Below, one piece after another: positions 9,479-20,168 of a DNA stretch of 64,000 nt (positions within the stretch are counted from its first letter, which is position 1; every line of letters begins with the position of its first letter). The DNA is from Stellaceae bacterium. GTDB taxonomy: Bacteria; Pseudomonadota; Alphaproteobacteria; ATCC43930; CGMCC-115725. The stretch lies in the NCBI GenBank assembly GCA_036510675.1, contig DATCDN010000138.1, forward strand, positions 109,199 to 173,198, given 5' to 3'. Under the pieces are notes generated by a model, which did no database searches, was not told where the DNA came from, and saw only the letters and a list, made by a program, of their open reading frames with translations. A program made the position numbers and the translations under genes.

Positions 9479-10363
9479 ATGAAATCGATCGTCACCGGCG
9501 GCAATCCGGTCGCAACGGTCCTGACCTTTTTGGTCTTTGCGCTGGCGGTGCTGTCGGGCTTCATCGCCCATGGCGGCGATGCGCCGGCTTTCTATGTCAT
9601 TGCCCTTATTCTGGTGGTCATCGCGCTGTTGATACCGCGCACCCTGATGATGGCCAATCAATGGGAGCGCGCGGTGATCCTGCGCGTCGGCAAGCTCGAA
9701 GCGGTGCGCGGTCCCGGCCTGTTCATCATCATCCCGTTCGTCGATTCGGTGGCGGCGATGCTCGACCAGCGCATCCAGACCACCGAGTTCAACGCCGAAT
9801 CCGCGCTCAGCAAGGACACCGTGCCGGTCAATATCGACGCGGTGATCTTCTGGCAGGTGTTTGATTCGGAAAAGGCCGCGCTGGAGATCACCGATTTCCG
9901 CTCCGCGATCGCCCGGGTGGCGCAGACCAGCCTGCGCGAGATGGTCGGCTCGTCCTTCCTCTCGACGCTGCTGTCGGATCGCAAGCAGGCCGACGAGGTG
10001 CTGCGCGCCGAGATCGGCCGCAAGATCGCGGGCTGGGGCATCACCGTTCACACCGTCGAGATTCGCGATGTCGGCATTCCGATGGCGCTGCAGGACGCGA
10101 TGAGCCGCCAGGCGCAGGCCGAGCGCGAGCGCCAGGCCCGCGTACTGCTGGGCCAGGCGGAGGTCGAAGTCGCACAGAAATTCCTCGATGCGGCCGAGAC
10201 CTATTCCAAGAACCCGGCGGCGCTGCAATTGCGGGCGATGAACATCATCTACGAGACCACCAAGGAACGCGGCGCCACCATTCTCATTCCGACCAGCATG
10301 ATCGACGCCATGAATCCGGGCGGCATCCTGGGGCTGGCTAGGGCCGCGCAGGAGGCGAAGTAG
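9479..10363 (+). CDS. SPFH/band 7 (stomatin/prohibitin-like) membrane protein
   Basis: 294 aa with an N-terminal TM segment. The SPFH core reads WERAVILRVGKL..GPGLFIIIPFVDS..TKDTVPVNIDAVIFWQV, followed by a C-terminal coiled coil QAQAERERQARVLL. The SD GGAGG lies at 9464-9468. Confidence 0.85.
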   Translation: MKSIVTGGNPVATVLTFLVFALAVLSGFIAHGGDAPAFYVIALILVVIALLIPRTLMMANQWERAVILRVGKLEAVRGPGLFIIIPFVDSVAAMLDQRIQTTEFNAESALSKDTVPVNIDAVIFWQVFDSEKAALEITDFRSAIARVAQTSLREMVGSSFLSTLLSDRKQADEVLRAEIGRKIAGWGITVHTVEIRDVGIPMALQDAMSRQAQAERERQARVLLGQAEVEVAQKFLDAAETYSKNPAALQLRAMNIIYETTKERGATILIPTSMIDAMNPGGILGLARAAQEAK

Positions 10364-11603
10364 TCCGGGCCGACGCCGAAGTCCGGGTTTCCGGCATCGC
10401 GAGCAGCAACACCAGGAACGCGGCCGCCGCCACCGCGCCCAGACCGAGGAAGGCGGGCGTGTAGCCGAAATGATCGACGATCTCGCCGGCGGCGAGGCCG
10501 CTGATCGAGGCGCCGATCCCTTGCATGGTGGCGACGGCGCCGAGCGCGAGATTGTAGCGGCCGGTGCCGCGCATCAGATCGGCCACCACCAGCGTCGCCA
10601 GCACCGCGAAAATGCCGGCGCCGACGCCATCCAAAAGCTGAATGCCGATCAGCCAGAAGCTGTTGTCGGACAGCGTATAGAGCACCGCGCGGACCGGCAG
10701 CACAGCGAAGCCGGCGAGCAGGAAGGGCTTGCGGCCCCAGGCATTCGCCTTGAGGCCCACCAGCACCGAAATCCCGATCATCACGATTTGCGCCGCGATG
10801 ATGCAGGCCGACATCATCGCCGTCGCTTCCTTCGGGTGCGCGGCCGCCAGCTTCTGCCCGACCAGCGGCAACAGCGGCGCGTTGGCGAAATGAAACAGCA
10901 TCGCGCTGATGCCGAAGATCACCAGCGGCCGGCATTCGAACAGCACGCGCCAGCTCTTGGCGCGGTGCTTGTCGCGCGGCTGCTTGCCGCCGTCGAGGCC
11001 GCGCGCCCGGTCGAGGTCGACGGCGCTGGCCGGGATCGACAGCACCGCCATGATCGCCAGCACGGAAAAGATCGGCGCCAGCAGAAATACCGCGCGCTGG
11101 GTGAAGACATAGCCGACCCCGGCGGCGATGAGCGCGGTGGCGGCGTTGCCGGCATGATCGAACGCGGCGTTGCGCCCCATCCGCCGCGCCAGATACTGGC
11201 GCGCATAAAGGCCGAGCGTCAGGGCCGCGATCGCCGGCACGAAGACGTCGCCGACCACCGCCATGACGGCGTTGGCGACCATCACCGGCCAGAAACTGGG
11301 CACCGCGAACAGCACCCCACCCGACCCCGCGAGAATCGCCAGCGCCAGCACGATGGCGCCGCGCTTGGCCGCGGTGTGGTCGATCGCGGCGCCGATCGGC
11401 GTCTGCAGCGCGAGGCCGAGGAGGCCGCCGATCATCGTGATCAGCCCGACCCGCGACTGGGTCCAATGCAGCTCGGTGATCAGGAAGACATTGAGATAGG
11501 GGCCGAACGCGCCGCGCACGTCGGATTGCGAAAAATTCAGCGCGTCGAGCGACCAGCCGATGCGGCGGCTGGCGCGCTGGCGCGGCTTTATCGCGACAGC
11601 CAT
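10338..11603 (-). CDS. MFS transporter
   Basis: 421 aa, about 12 predicted TM helices and a central basic loop. Its 3' end overlaps the SPFH gene by 26 nt, tail to tail. Confidence 0.75.
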   Translation of the reverse strand: MAVAIKPRQRASRRIGWSLDALNFSQSDVRGAFGPYLNVFLITELHWTQSRVGLITMIGGLLGLALQTPIGAAIDHTAAKRGAIVLALAILAGSGGVLFAVPSFWPVMVANAVMAVVGDVFVPAIAALTLGLYARQYLARRMGRNAAFDHAGNAATALIAAGVGYVFTQRAVFLLAPIFSVLAIMAVLSIPASAVDLDRARGLDGGKQPRDKHRAKSWRVLFECRPLVIFGISAMLFHFANAPLLPLVGQKLAAAHPKEATAMMSACIIAAQIVMIGISVLVGLKANAWGRKPFLLAGFAVLPVRAVLYTLSDNSFWLIGIQLLDGVGAGIFAVLATLVVADLMRGTGRYNLALGAVATMQGIGASISGLAAGEIVDHFGYTPAFLGLGAVAAAAFLVLLLAMPETRTSASARTTSPPARP

Positions 11604-12796
11604 GCGACGCCCAGCGCCAGCGTCAGGATGGTGACCGGCGCGCCGACCAGGAAATAGCGCCAGAACCCTATTCTGATACCGCGCCGCTCGGCCCCCTGCA
11701 CCACGATGAGATTGGCGACCGACCCCAGGATCGTGAAATTGCCGGCCAGCGTCGAGGCCATGGCCAGCACCAGCCAGCCATGCCGCGCATCAGCAAGGGT
11801 CGCGACAAAGGGCTTGAGCACCAGGACGGCGGGCACGTTGCTCACCAGGTTCGAGAGCACTGCTGCTAACAACGCCAGAACCGGCGTTTGGTTCAGCGGC
11901 AACCGGGCGGCGCGCGCCAGAAGGTCGGGCGTCAGCACCGCCTTCTGCATCGCCGCCACCACCACGAACAGCCCGACGAACAGCAGCAGCAGCGACCAGT
12001 CGATGTCGCGATAGACCCGCGCGGGCTTGACCCGGCGCGTCAGAAACAGCGCCGATCCGCCGAGCATCGCCGCCAGCGCCGGCCGCACCCCGAGAAAGCA
12101 CGCGATGATGATCGCCAGCGTCACCAGCACCGCCTTCGCCAGCAGCACGCGGTTGAGATGCACGCGCGGCGGCGCCGCGGTGAAGCGCGCGGCGGACAGG
12201 AATTCGCGCCGCCACGCCACCGCCAGGACCAGGACGATCACCACCAGCGATGCCGCCGCCACCGGCGCGAGGTGGGCCGCGAAATCGCTATAGGCGAGAT
12301 GCGCGACGCTGCCGATCATCATGTTCTGGGGGTTGCCCATGATCGTCGCGGTACCGCCGGCGTTCGACGCCATCGCCAGCGCCAAGAGGTAGGGCACCGG
12401 GTTGCGCTTTACGGCGCGCGCCGTCTCCACCACCAGCGGCGTCAGCATCAGGCAGACCGTGTCGTTGACCAGCACCGCCGACAGAATGCCGGCGACGGCG
12501 ACGATGCCGATCAGCAGCACCAGCGGGCGATGCGCCCGTGCCACGATCCAGCCATGGCACAGCGCGAAGAAGCCCGAAAGATGCAGGTTTGATACCACGA
12601 TCATCATGCCAAGCAGCAGCGCCAGCGTGTCGATGTCGATGGCGTGATACGCCTCTTCCGGTGACAAGGCCCCCACCGCCACCATCAGCGCCGCGCCGAT
12701 CAGCGCCGCCCCGGCACGGTCGAGCCGCAGGCCGGGAATGCGCCCGATCCCGACCACCAGATAGGTCGCGGCGAAGATGATCGCGGTGACGATCAT
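11588..12796 (-). CDS. ArsB/NhaD-superfamily (citrate-transporter-like) anion permease
   Basis: 402 aa polytopic membrane protein. The N-terminus IIFAATYLVVGIGRIPGLRLDRAGAALIGAALMV is typical of the CitMHS/ArsB permease family. Confidence 0.65.
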   Translation of the reverse strand: MIVTAIIFAATYLVVGIGRIPGLRLDRAGAALIGAALMVAVGALSPEEAYHAIDIDTLALLLGMMIVVSNLHLSGFFALCHGWIVARAHRPLVLLIGIVAVAGILSAVLVNDTVCLMLTPLVVETARAVKRNPVPYLLALAMASNAGGTATIMGNPQNMMIGSVAHLAYSDFAAHLAPVAAASLVVIVLVLAVAWRREFLSAARFTAAPPRVHLNRVLLAKAVLVTLAIIIACFLGVRPALAAMLGGSALFLTRRVKPARVYRDIDWSLLLLFVGLFVVVAAMQKAVLTPDLLARAARLPLNQTPVLALLAAVLSNLVSNVPAVLVLKPFVATLADARHGWLVLAMASTLAGNFTILGSVANLIVVQGAERRGIRIGFWRYFLVGAPVTILTLALGVAWLSR

Positions 12797-12929
12797 ACTG
12801 CGCGTCCGCGCACGCGACGGTTGCCGACCATCACCCGCCGGCCGGGCGCGCGGGCGATGATCTCGGTCTCGGCCATCGGGCTATTCTAGCCATTCATGCC
12901 GACCAGCGGCATGTGCTAAAGAGCATCCG

Positions 12930-15029
12930 ATGAGCGACAAACGCCGACGGGGCCTGCGCGCCGACCCAAGCGACCGGCCGCGCCGGGGCCCGCCCGCGCC
13001 GAAATCGCGGGCCGCCGCTGCCCCGCCACCCGTCCCGCCCAAGGATCGCGGGCGCAAGCGCGCGCGCCTCGGCCAGCGCTGGTGGCATTGGGCCGCGTTC
13101 GTCGGGGTGTGGGCGGTGGTCGTGTTCATCGCCGTGCTGGCGTATTTCTGGATGACGCTGCCGCCGATCGACGATCTGACCTCGTCGGCGCGCCGGCCCA
13201 GCGTTACCCTCCTCGGCGGCGACGGCAAGGTCATCGCCACCTTCGGCGACCTGTTCGGCCAGCCGGTCAAGCTCAAGGATTTGCCGCCCTATCTGCCGGA
13301 GGCGGTGATCGCGACCGAAGATCACCGCTTCTACCATCATTTCGGCATCGACGTGATCGGTCTGGTGCGCGCCGCCGTCGCCAATCTGCGCGCCGGCCAT
13401 GTCGTGCAGGGCGGCTCGACCCTGACCCAGCAGCTCGCCAAGAACCTCTTCCTGTCGCCCGACCGCACCATGACGCGCAAAATCCAAGAGGCGCTGCTGG
13501 CGGTGTGGCTGGAGCAGCGCTTCACCAAGAACGAGATTCTCGAAATCTATCTCAACCGCGTCTATTTCGGTGCCGGCGCCTATGGCGTCGATGCCGCGGC
13601 GCATCGCTATTTCGATACCCCGGCGCGCCAGGTGACGCTGTACGAGGCCGCGACCATCGCCGGCTTGTTGAAGGCGCCGACCCGCTATAGCCCCGCGCGC
13701 GATGCCAACGCGGCGGCGATGCGCGCGCTCCACGTTCTCGATGCGATGAAGGAGGCGGGCTATATCGACGCCGGCCAGGAACGGGCGGCGCTGAACCAGG
13801 AAAAGCAGTTGGCGGTGGCCCAGCGCGTGCGGCCCAGCAACCGCTATTTCGCCGACTGGATCTATGAGCAGATCCCCGAATATGCCGGCCTGGGCAATCG
13901 CGACCTGGTCATTACCACGACGCTCGACGCCCGGATGCAGCAGGCGGCGGAGACGGCAATCGACACCACGCTGAGCCAGGACGGCGCCAAGGACAAGGTC
14001 GGCCAGGGCGCGCTGGTGGCGATGACCCCAGACGGCGCCATCCGCGCCATGGTCGGCGGCCGCGATTACAATGGCAGCCAGTTCAATCGCGCGACCCAGG
14101 CGCTGCGCCAGCCCGGCTCGGCCTTCAAATCCATCGTCTACGCGGCGGCGCTGGAGCACGGGCTGAACCCCAATCAGCATTTCAACGATCACCGCATCCG
14201 GATCGGCAAGTGGGAGCCGCGCAATTTCGAGAATGAATATCGCGGCGATGTCAGCGTCGCCGATGCCGTCGCCTTTTCCATCAACACGGTGGCGGCGCAG
14301 GTCATCCAGCGCACCGGCGTCGGCAACGTCATCGCCATGGCGCGCAAGCTGGGCATCACCACCGATCTGCAGCACGATGCCAGCCTGGCGCTCGGCACCA
14401 ACGAGGTGACGCTGATCGAGCTGACCGCCGCCTATGCCAGCTTCGCCAGCGGCGGCATGGGGGCGTGGCCCTATGGCATCGTCGACATCAAGGATAGTAG
14501 CGGCGCCGAGGTCTATCGGCGCGGCGGCTCCGGCCCCGGCCAGGTACTGCCGGCCGAGACCGCCGGCGAGATGAACCGGCTGCTGGCCGGGGTGATCGAT
14601 CGCGGCACCGGACGCGCGGCGCGGCTCGACCGGCCGGCCGCCGGCAAGACCGGCACCACCCAGGATTTCCGCGACGCGCTGTTCATCGGCTATACCGCCC
14701 AGCTCGTCGCCGGGGTGTGGTTCGGCAATGACGACAATTCACCGATGAAGCACATCACCGGCGGCACGCTGCCGGCCAAGACCTGGCACGATTTCATGAT
14801 GGCGGCGATGGCGCGCGCGCCGGTCCGGCCCCTGCCCGGCCCCCCCGCCGGCGCGCGGGCGCCGCAGCTTGCCGGCGCCAATGCGGCGCAACCACGGCTC
14901 GCCGCCGGTGCGCCGCCGGCACGCGGCGGCCTCGATGGGCTGCTCGATCGGATTTTCGGCGCGGATAAGGCCGCCCCGGCGCGCCCCGCCCCGCCGCCGA
15001 CTTACTCCCCGTCCATGCGCTATCGCTGA
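12930..15029 (+). CDS. class A penicillin-binding protein (PBP1A-type transglycosylase/transpeptidase)
   Basis: 699 aa. GT51 motifs are EDHRFYHHFGID and GGSTLTQQLAKN. Transpeptidase motifs are GSAFK (SxxK), SINT (SxN) and KTGTT. It has a basic N-terminus with a TM anchor and a Pro/Ala-rich C-terminus. Confidence 0.9.
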   Translation: MSDKRRRGLRADPSDRPRRGPPAPKSRAAAAPPPVPPKDRGRKRARLGQRWWHWAAFVGVWAVVVFIAVLAYFWMTLPPIDDLTSSARRPSVTLLGGDGKVIATFGDLFGQPVKLKDLPPYLPEAVIATEDHRFYHHFGIDVIGLVRAAVANLRAGHVVQGGSTLTQQLAKNLFLSPDRTMTRKIQEALLAVWLEQRFTKNEILEIYLNRVYFGAGAYGVDAAAHRYFDTPARQVTLYEAATIAGLLKAPTRYSPARDANAAAMRALHVLDAMKEAGYIDAGQERAALNQEKQLAVAQRVRPSNRYFADWIYEQIPEYAGLGNRDLVITTTLDARMQQAAETAIDTTLSQDGAKDKVGQGALVAMTPDGAIRAMVGGRDYNGSQFNRATQALRQPGSAFKSIVYAAALEHGLNPNQHFNDHRIRIGKWEPRNFENEYRGDVSVADAVAFSINTVAAQVIQRTGVGNVIAMARKLGITTDLQHDASLALGTNEVTLIELTAAYASFASGGMGAWPYGIVDIKDSSGAEVYRRGGSGPGQVLPAETAGEMNRLLAGVIDRGTGRAARLDRPAAGKTGTTQDFRDALFIGYTAQLVAGVWFGNDDNSPMKHITGGTLPAKTWHDFMMAAMARAPVRPLPGPPAGARAPQLAGANAAQPRLAAGAPPARGGLDGLLDRIFGADKAAPARPAPPPTYSPSMRYR

Positions 15030-15853
15030 GGGTCGCCGCCCACGGCGCCGCGCCACGCCACCAATTCGCGATAGAAGCCCGCCAGCAGGCTGGCGCTGAG
15101 CGCGACCAGCAGCATGTCGGTGATCGACTCGACGAGGCCGGAGAGGATAGTGAGGCCGAGCGGCGGCTGCGCCAGGACATCGGCGCCGGGCGCGGTCAGA
15201 ACCACGGTCGAGAGCAGGATCGCCGTCACGATCGTGGCCACGACCGTCACCGGCAGCGTCGTCACGATGCTCGCCGCGATCAGCCGCCAGGTATGGCCAC
15301 GCAACAGCCGCCACGCCGCCCCGATGCCCAAGGGCTGGCCGCACGCCGCCGCCGGAAACACCAGGCTACAGCGCACCGCCACCAGCGTCACCGCCAAGCC
15401 GGCGATGACCGCCAGCAGCGCGACCACCGCCACGGTGGCGGTGCTGTCGGCCATCCGCGCCATGGTTACGGCGGCGACCGCGACCACCGTGCCGATCAGC
15501 GCATAGACGACGCAGCCATAAATCAGAAAGCGCGCCCAGGCGCGGAAAAAGGACGCCGCTGGCTGCCGATGGGGATCGCCGACCAGGATCGATTGATGCC
15601 AGCGCACCGCGAAGGCGCTGGCGGCCAACAGCGTGACGACCGCCTGGCCGATGTCGATCGCGTCGAATTGCAGGTCCCCGGTGGCGTGGCGCCCCGGCAC
15701 CAGAAGGTTGGGCACGATCCGCGCCGCCAAGAGGGCCAACAGCATGATCCAGCCGAGATCGAGGATCTGCCCCATCCGGCCGAACACCGTGCGATAGGCA
15801 AAGCGCACTATCGTTCCCACCGCAACCTTGCGCGGCCGCTCCGATCCGTCCAT
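15020..15853 (-). CDS. hypothetical polytopic membrane protein
   Basis: About 277 aa from the ATG at 15853 (alternative 15919), with at least 6 hydrophobic helices. The tracked ORF up to 16474 runs into phoB in another frame and is trimmed. Confidence 0.5.
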   Translation of the reverse strand: MDGSERPRKVAVGTIVRFAYRTVFGRMGQILDLGWIMLLALLAARIVPNLLVPGRHATGDLQFDAIDIGQAVVTLLAASAFAVRWHQSILVGDPHRQPAASFFRAWARFLIYGCVVYALIGTVVAVAAVTMARMADSTATVAVVALLAVIAGLAVTLVAVRCSLVFPAAACGQPLGIGAAWRLLRGHTWRLIAASIVTTLPVTVVATIVTAILLSTVVLTAPGADVLAQPPLGLTILSGLVESITDMLLVALSASLLAGFYRELVAWRGAVGGDPQR

Positions 15854-15939
15854 TCCGCCGCGCCCCGCCACCTCGTCAGGCGCGGGAGCATGCCCGCGAC
15901 CCGCCGGCGCCGCAAGCATCGCGATGGGGCGGCGCGGCC

Positions 15940-16635
15940 CTATTGCGCGGCGGTGTCGAGCGCGTAGCCGGCGGCGCGGACGGTGCGGATAAGGTCGGGG
16001 CGCCCACCCTCGTTCAGCGCCTTGCGCAGCCGGCGGATATGAACATCGACGGTGCGCGGCTCGACTTCGGCGTCGCGGCCCCACACGCCATCGAGCAATT
16101 GCTCGCGCGAGAACACGCGGCCCGGCCGCTCCAAGACGAAGCGCAGCAGGCGAAACTCGGTCGGGCCGAGCCGCACCGGCGCGCCGGCGCGCGCCACGCG
16201 ATGCGCGTGCAAATCCATGACGAGGTCGGAAAAGCCCAGTGTCCGCGCCACCGTCGAGGGGCGGGCGCGGCGGATCACGGCGCGCAGCCGCGCGATCAAT
16301 TCCGAGGGGCTGAACGGCTTGACGATGTAATCGTCGGCGCCGCTGTCGAGGCCACGCACCCGATCCCCCTCCTCGCCGCGCGCCGTCAGGATAATCACCG
16401 GCATTTCGCGCCACGCCGGCACGCGGCGGATCTGGCGACAGATTTCGAGGCCCGAGACGCGTGGCAGCATCCAATCCAGCAGCACGGCGTCGGGCGGCGC
16501 CTCGCGCAGTAGCAGCAGCGCCTCCTCGCCGTCATGCGCCTCGGTGACGACGAAGCCTTCTTTTTCAAGATTGTAGCGCAGCATCGTCACCAACGCCGCT
16601 TCATCCTCCACCACCAGCACGCTTGGACCCGGCAT
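15940..16635 (-). CDS. phoB: phosphate regulon response regulator PhoB
   Basis: 231 aa. The receiver reads VLVVEDEAALVTML..LDWMLPRVSG, and the OmpR-type winged helix is LGPTEFRLLRFVLERPGRVFSREQLLDGVWG..VDVHIRRLRKAL. The start overlaps the phoU stop (TGATG). Confidence 0.9.
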   Translation of the reverse strand: MPGPSVLVVEDEAALVTMLRYNLEKEGFVVTEAHDGEEALLLLREAPPDAVLLDWMLPRVSGLEICRQIRRVPAWREMPVIILTARGEEGDRVRGLDSGADDYIVKPFSPSELIARLRAVIRRARPSTVARTLGFSDLVMDLHAHRVARAGAPVRLGPTEFRLLRFVLERPGRVFSREQLLDGVWGRDAEVEPRTVDVHIRRLRKALNEGGRPDLIRTVRAAGYALDTAAQ

Positions 16636-17372
16636 CAGGCGGACTCCTGGGGCGCGCCCTCGTCGCCGCCCGGCCCGCTCTGCATGCTGGTGCGGTCGCG
16701 CTTGGGGCGCAGCTGGTTGAGCGCGACGCCATGGACGAAGAAGTAGATCGTCTCGGCGATATTGGTGGTGAGATCGCCGACCCGTTCCAGATTCTTGGCC
16801 ATGAACAGAAGATGGGTGGAGACGGTGATGTTGCGCGGGTCCTCGATCATATAGGTCAGCAGCTCGCGGAAGAGGCTGGTGTACATCTCGTCGAGCTCTT
16901 CGTCGCGCAGCCACACCGTCAGCGCCCGGTCGGCGTCGCGGGCGACATAGGCGTCGAGAATGTCCTTCACCATCTGCTGGCAGAAATTACCCATGCGCGG
17001 AATTGCATGCACCGGCCGCACCGGCGGGTTCAGCGACAGCACCAGCGAGCGCTTGGCGACGTTGGCCGCGTAATCGCCGATGCGTTCGAGGTCGCTCGAA
17101 ATCTTCAGCGAGGCCACGATCTGACGCAGATCGCGGGCCATCGGCTGGCGCAGCGCCAAGAGCCGCACCACCAGGCTTTCGACCTCGCGGTCCAATTCGT
17201 CGACCGCGCCGTCGCCTTCCACCACGCGGGTCGCGAGCGGCGTATCGCGCTTCGCCACCGCCTCGATCGCGGCGGCAAGCTGGCTCTCCGCCAGGCCGCC
17301 CATCTGGGTGATGGTATTGTCGAGGCGCCGCAGCTCGTCGTCATAGCTCTTGATGATGTGGTCGGATGCCAT
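16635..17372 (-). CDS. phoU: phosphate signalling complex protein PhoU
   Basis: 245 aa. The duplicated PhoU repeat carries DLERIGDYAANVAK and NLERVGDLTTNIAE. Confidence 0.92.
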   Translation of the reverse strand: MASDHIIKSYDDELRRLDNTITQMGGLAESQLAAAIEAVAKRDTPLATRVVEGDGAVDELDREVESLVVRLLALRQPMARDLRQIVASLKISSDLERIGDYAANVAKRSLVLSLNPPVRPVHAIPRMGNFCQQMVKDILDAYVARDADRALTVWLRDEELDEMYTSLFRELLTYMIEDPRNITVSTHLLFMAKNLERVGDLTTNIAETIYFFVHGVALNQLRPKRDRTSMQSGPGGDEGAPQESA

Positions 17373-17384
17373 TCGCTTCTCGCC

Positions 17385-18269
17385 TCAGCCGAAGCGGCCG
17401 GTGATGTAGTCCTCGGTCTGCTTTTGGCCTGGATGGGTGAAGATGGTTTCGGTCTCGTCGAATTCGACCAGCGCGCCCAGATACATGAACGCGGTGTAGT
17501 CGGAACTGCGCGCCGCCTGCTGCATGTTGTGGGTGACGATGACGATGCAATAGTCGGATTTCAGCTCGGCGATCAGCTCCTCGATGCGCTGGGTCGAGAT
17601 CGGGTCGAGGGCCGACGCCGGCTCGTCCAGCAGCAGGATTTCGGGCTTCACCGCGATGGCGCGCGCGATGCACAGACGCTGCTGCTGGCCGCCGGACAGC
17701 GACAGGCCGCTCTGGCGCAGCTTGTCCTTGACCTCGTTCCACAGGGCGGCGCGCTGCAACGCCTCCTCGACGCGTTCATCCAGCTCGCGCGAACGCAGCC
17801 GCTGATAGAGCCGGATGCCGAACGCGACATTGTCATAGATCGACATCGGGAACGGTGTCGGCTTCTGAAACACCATGCCGATCTTGGCGCGCAGCAGATT
17901 GAGGTCCTGGCCCGGATCGAGAATGTTGTGCCCATCCACCAGCACTTCGCCGGTCGCGCGCTGATCGGGATAAAGCTCATAGATGCGGTTCAGCACGCGC
18001 AGCAGCGTCGACTTGCCGCAACCCGAGGGGCCGATGAAGGCGGTCACCCGCTTGTCGTAGAGTGGCAGGCCGATGCCCTTCAGCGCCTCATATTGCTTGT
18101 AATAAAAACGCAAATCCTTGACCTCGCATTTCACCGCCGGCTTCGGAGCGGCGGCGGCGACGGGGTGCGCGGTGGTTTGCATCGGTTCTATTTTTGGCAT
18201 CGGGGCTTTGGCGGTTCGCGGCGGTGGAGTCACGGCGCCAGAATACTCCCCTGAAAAACCCGTTGTCAT
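17385..18269 (-). CDS. pstB: phosphate ABC transporter ATP-binding protein PstB
   Basis: Walker A is GPSGCGKST, the signature is LSGGQQQRL and Walker B is LLLDEP. The ATG at 18269 overlaps the pstA stop (ATGA). An alternative ATG lies at 18200. Confidence 0.9.
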   Translation of the reverse strand: MTTGFSGEYSGAVTPPPRTAKAPMPKIEPMQTTAHPVAAAAPKPAVKCEVKDLRFYYKQYEALKGIGLPLYDKRVTAFIGPSGCGKSTLLRVLNRIYELYPDQRATGEVLVDGHNILDPGQDLNLLRAKIGMVFQKPTPFPMSIYDNVAFGIRLYQRLRSRELDERVEEALQRAALWNEVKDKLRQSGLSLSGGQQQRLCIARAIAVKPEILLLDEPASALDPISTQRIEELIAELKSDYCIVIVTHNMQQAARSSDYTAFMYLGALVEFDETETIFTHPGQKQTEDYITGRFG

Positions 18270-19117
18270 GGTGTCCGGCTGCTCCACCCGGCGAGCATCC
18301 GCGCCAGGACATTGAGGATCAGAATGGTGAAGGTGATCAGCATCGCCCCGCCCCAGGCCAGCGTGCGCCAATCATCATAGGGGCTGAGCGCGAACTGGAA
18401 GATCACCACCGGCAGGTTGGCGATGGGCGCATTCATGTTCGCGCTCCAGAACTGGTTGTTGAGCGCGGTGAACAGCAGCGGCGCGGTCTCGCCGGCGATG
18501 CGCGCCACCGCCAGCATCACGCCGGTCAAAATGCCCTGCATCGCCGCGCGATAGATCACCTGGACGATCACCCGCCATTGCGGCGTGCCCAGCGCGGCGG
18601 CCGCCTCGCGCAAGCCATGCGGCACCAGTTCCAGCATGTTCTCGGTGGTGCGCACCACCACGGGGATGACGATCAGCGCCAGCGCCGCGCTGCCGGCCCA
18701 GGCCGAGAAATGCCCCATCGGCACGACCACGATCTGATAGACGAACAGGCCGATGATGATCGACGGCGCCGACAGCAGGATGTCGTTGACGAAGCGCACC
18801 ACGGACGCCAGCACGCTGCCTTTGCCGAATTCGGAGAGGAAGGTGCCCGTCAGCATGCCGACCGGGGTCCCGACCAGCGTCGCCACGATGGTCATGATCA
18901 GGCTGCCATAGATGGCGTTGGCGAGGCCGCCGGCGCTGCCCGGCGGCGGGGTGCTGGTGGTGAAGAGCGTCCCGCTGATCGCCGGAATGCCGTTGCGCAG
19001 CAGCGCATAAAGCACCAGGAACAGGAAGATCAGACCGAGCGCCGTCGCCGCCATCGAAGCGGCGAGCCAGAGCCGATTGGCGACGCGCCGTCGGGCATAG
19101 CGGCCCATGCTGATCAT
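18266..19117 (-). CDS. pstA: phosphate ABC transporter permease PstA
   Basis: 283 aa permease. It shares an ATGA overlap with pstC upstream and with pstB downstream. Confidence 0.88.
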   Translation of the reverse strand: MISMGRYARRRVANRLWLAASMAATALGLIFLFLVLYALLRNGIPAISGTLFTTSTPPPGSAGGLANAIYGSLIMTIVATLVGTPVGMLTGTFLSEFGKGSVLASVVRFVNDILLSAPSIIIGLFVYQIVVVPMGHFSAWAGSAALALIVIPVVVRTTENMLELVPHGLREAAAALGTPQWRVIVQVIYRAAMQGILTGVMLAVARIAGETAPLLFTALNNQFWSANMNAPIANLPVVIFQFALSPYDDWRTLAWGGAMLITFTILILNVLARMLAGWSSRTP

Positions 19118-20067
19118 GTCCCCGCCTGGCGCTGCAATCGGATCAGCATGTATTTCGCCGCCGCCAGCACCAGGAAGGTGATGACGAACAGGATGAACCC
19201 CAGCGCGAACAGCGACGAGACATAGAGCGGCGTTACCGCCTCGGTGAACTCGTTGGCGAGCGTCGCCGAAATGGTGGTGCCCGGCGCCAGCAGCGAGGTG
19301 TGGATCTCATGCGCGTTGCCGATGACGAAGGTCACCGCCATGGTCTCCCCCAGGGCGCGGCCCAACCCCAGCATCACGCCGCCGATAATGCCGGTTCGGG
19401 TATAGGGCACGACGATGTCGCGCACCACTTCCGACGTGGTGGCGCCCAACCCATAGGCGGATTCGCGCAGCATCGGCGGCACCGTCAGGAAGACATCGCG
19501 CGTCACCGCGGTGATGAAGGGCAGCACCATCATCGCCAGAATGAAGCCGGCGGTCAGGATGCCCAGTCCCAAGGGCGGCCCCTCGAACAACAGGCCAATC
19601 AGCGGAATGTTGCCCAGCGTATCGATGAGAACCGGCTGCACGGTTTCCTGCAGGAACGGCGCCAGCACGAACAGGCCCCAAATGCCATAGATGATGCTGG
19701 GTATCCCGGCCAGCAGCTCGATCATGGTGCCGATCGGCCGGCGCAAAAACGGCGGACATAGTTCGGTCAGGAAGACCGCGACCCCCAACGCGAGGGGCAC
19801 GCCGATCAGCATCGCGATCGCCGAGGTGGCCAGCGTGCCGAAGATCGCCGGCAGGGCGCCATATTCGTCCTTGACCGGATTCCACGCCATGCTGGTGAGG
19901 AAGCCGGGGCCGAAATGCGCGAAGGCCGGCCAGGCCCCGACGCCCAGCGCCACCATCACCCCGCCCAGCAGCAGCAGCACCAGGATGGCGAAGGCCCGCG
20001 TGGCATTGCGAAACAGCAAATCCCACAGACGCTGCCGATCGTGCCGCGCAACCATCGCAATCGTCAT
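19114..20067 (-). CDS. pstC: phosphate ABC transporter permease PstC
   Basis: 317 aa permease. It is the first gene of a pstC-pstA-pstB-phoU-phoB string. Confidence 0.88.
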   Translation of the reverse strand: MTIAMVARHDRQRLWDLLFRNATRAFAILVLLLLGGVMVALGVGAWPAFAHFGPGFLTSMAWNPVKDEYGALPAIFGTLATSAIAMLIGVPLALGVAVFLTELCPPFLRRPIGTMIELLAGIPSIIYGIWGLFVLAPFLQETVQPVLIDTLGNIPLIGLLFEGPPLGLGILTAGFILAMMVLPFITAVTRDVFLTVPPMLRESAYGLGATTSEVVRDIVVPYTRTGIIGGVMLGLGRALGETMAVTFVIGNAHEIHTSLLAPGTTISATLANEFTEAVTPLYVSSLFALGFILFVITFLVLAAAKYMLIRLQRQAGT

Positions 20068-20113
20068 GTCGGAAAAACGCCTTTCCCTGGGACGGGGAAG
20101 GAGTAGCCGGCCA

Positions 20114-20133
20114 CTGTTACAAGTTTATGACAG
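20114..20133 (-). promoter_or_regulatory. candidate Pho box upstream of pstC
   Basis: The minus strand reads CTGTCAT-AAAC-TTGTAAC. The first repeat is a perfect enterobacterial Pho-box heptamer and the second matches 4 of 7. It lies about 50-65 bp upstream of the pstC ATG. Confidence 0.4.
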
Positions 20134-20168
20134 CACCGCCGATGAGTTGTGGATAACCGGCGGCGCGG

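Noticed and set aside
9323-10228. ORFs that translate the heptamer arrays as VISYQLSV-type repeat peptides. These are 9323..10228 (-), 27475..27666 (+) and the tail of 42230..42619.
   Set aside because: A 7-nt period cycles through all three frames, so any frame yields a pseudo-repeat peptide. These ORFs have no SD or start-codon support, and each overlaps a well-supported gene or intergenic hairpin.
15854-16474. A 484-aa version of the membrane-protein ORF (15020..16474).
   Set aside because: The upstream 200 codons overlap phoB in another frame and are Arg/Pro/Ala-rich with no recognisable motifs. It was trimmed to the ATG at 15853 (or 15919).
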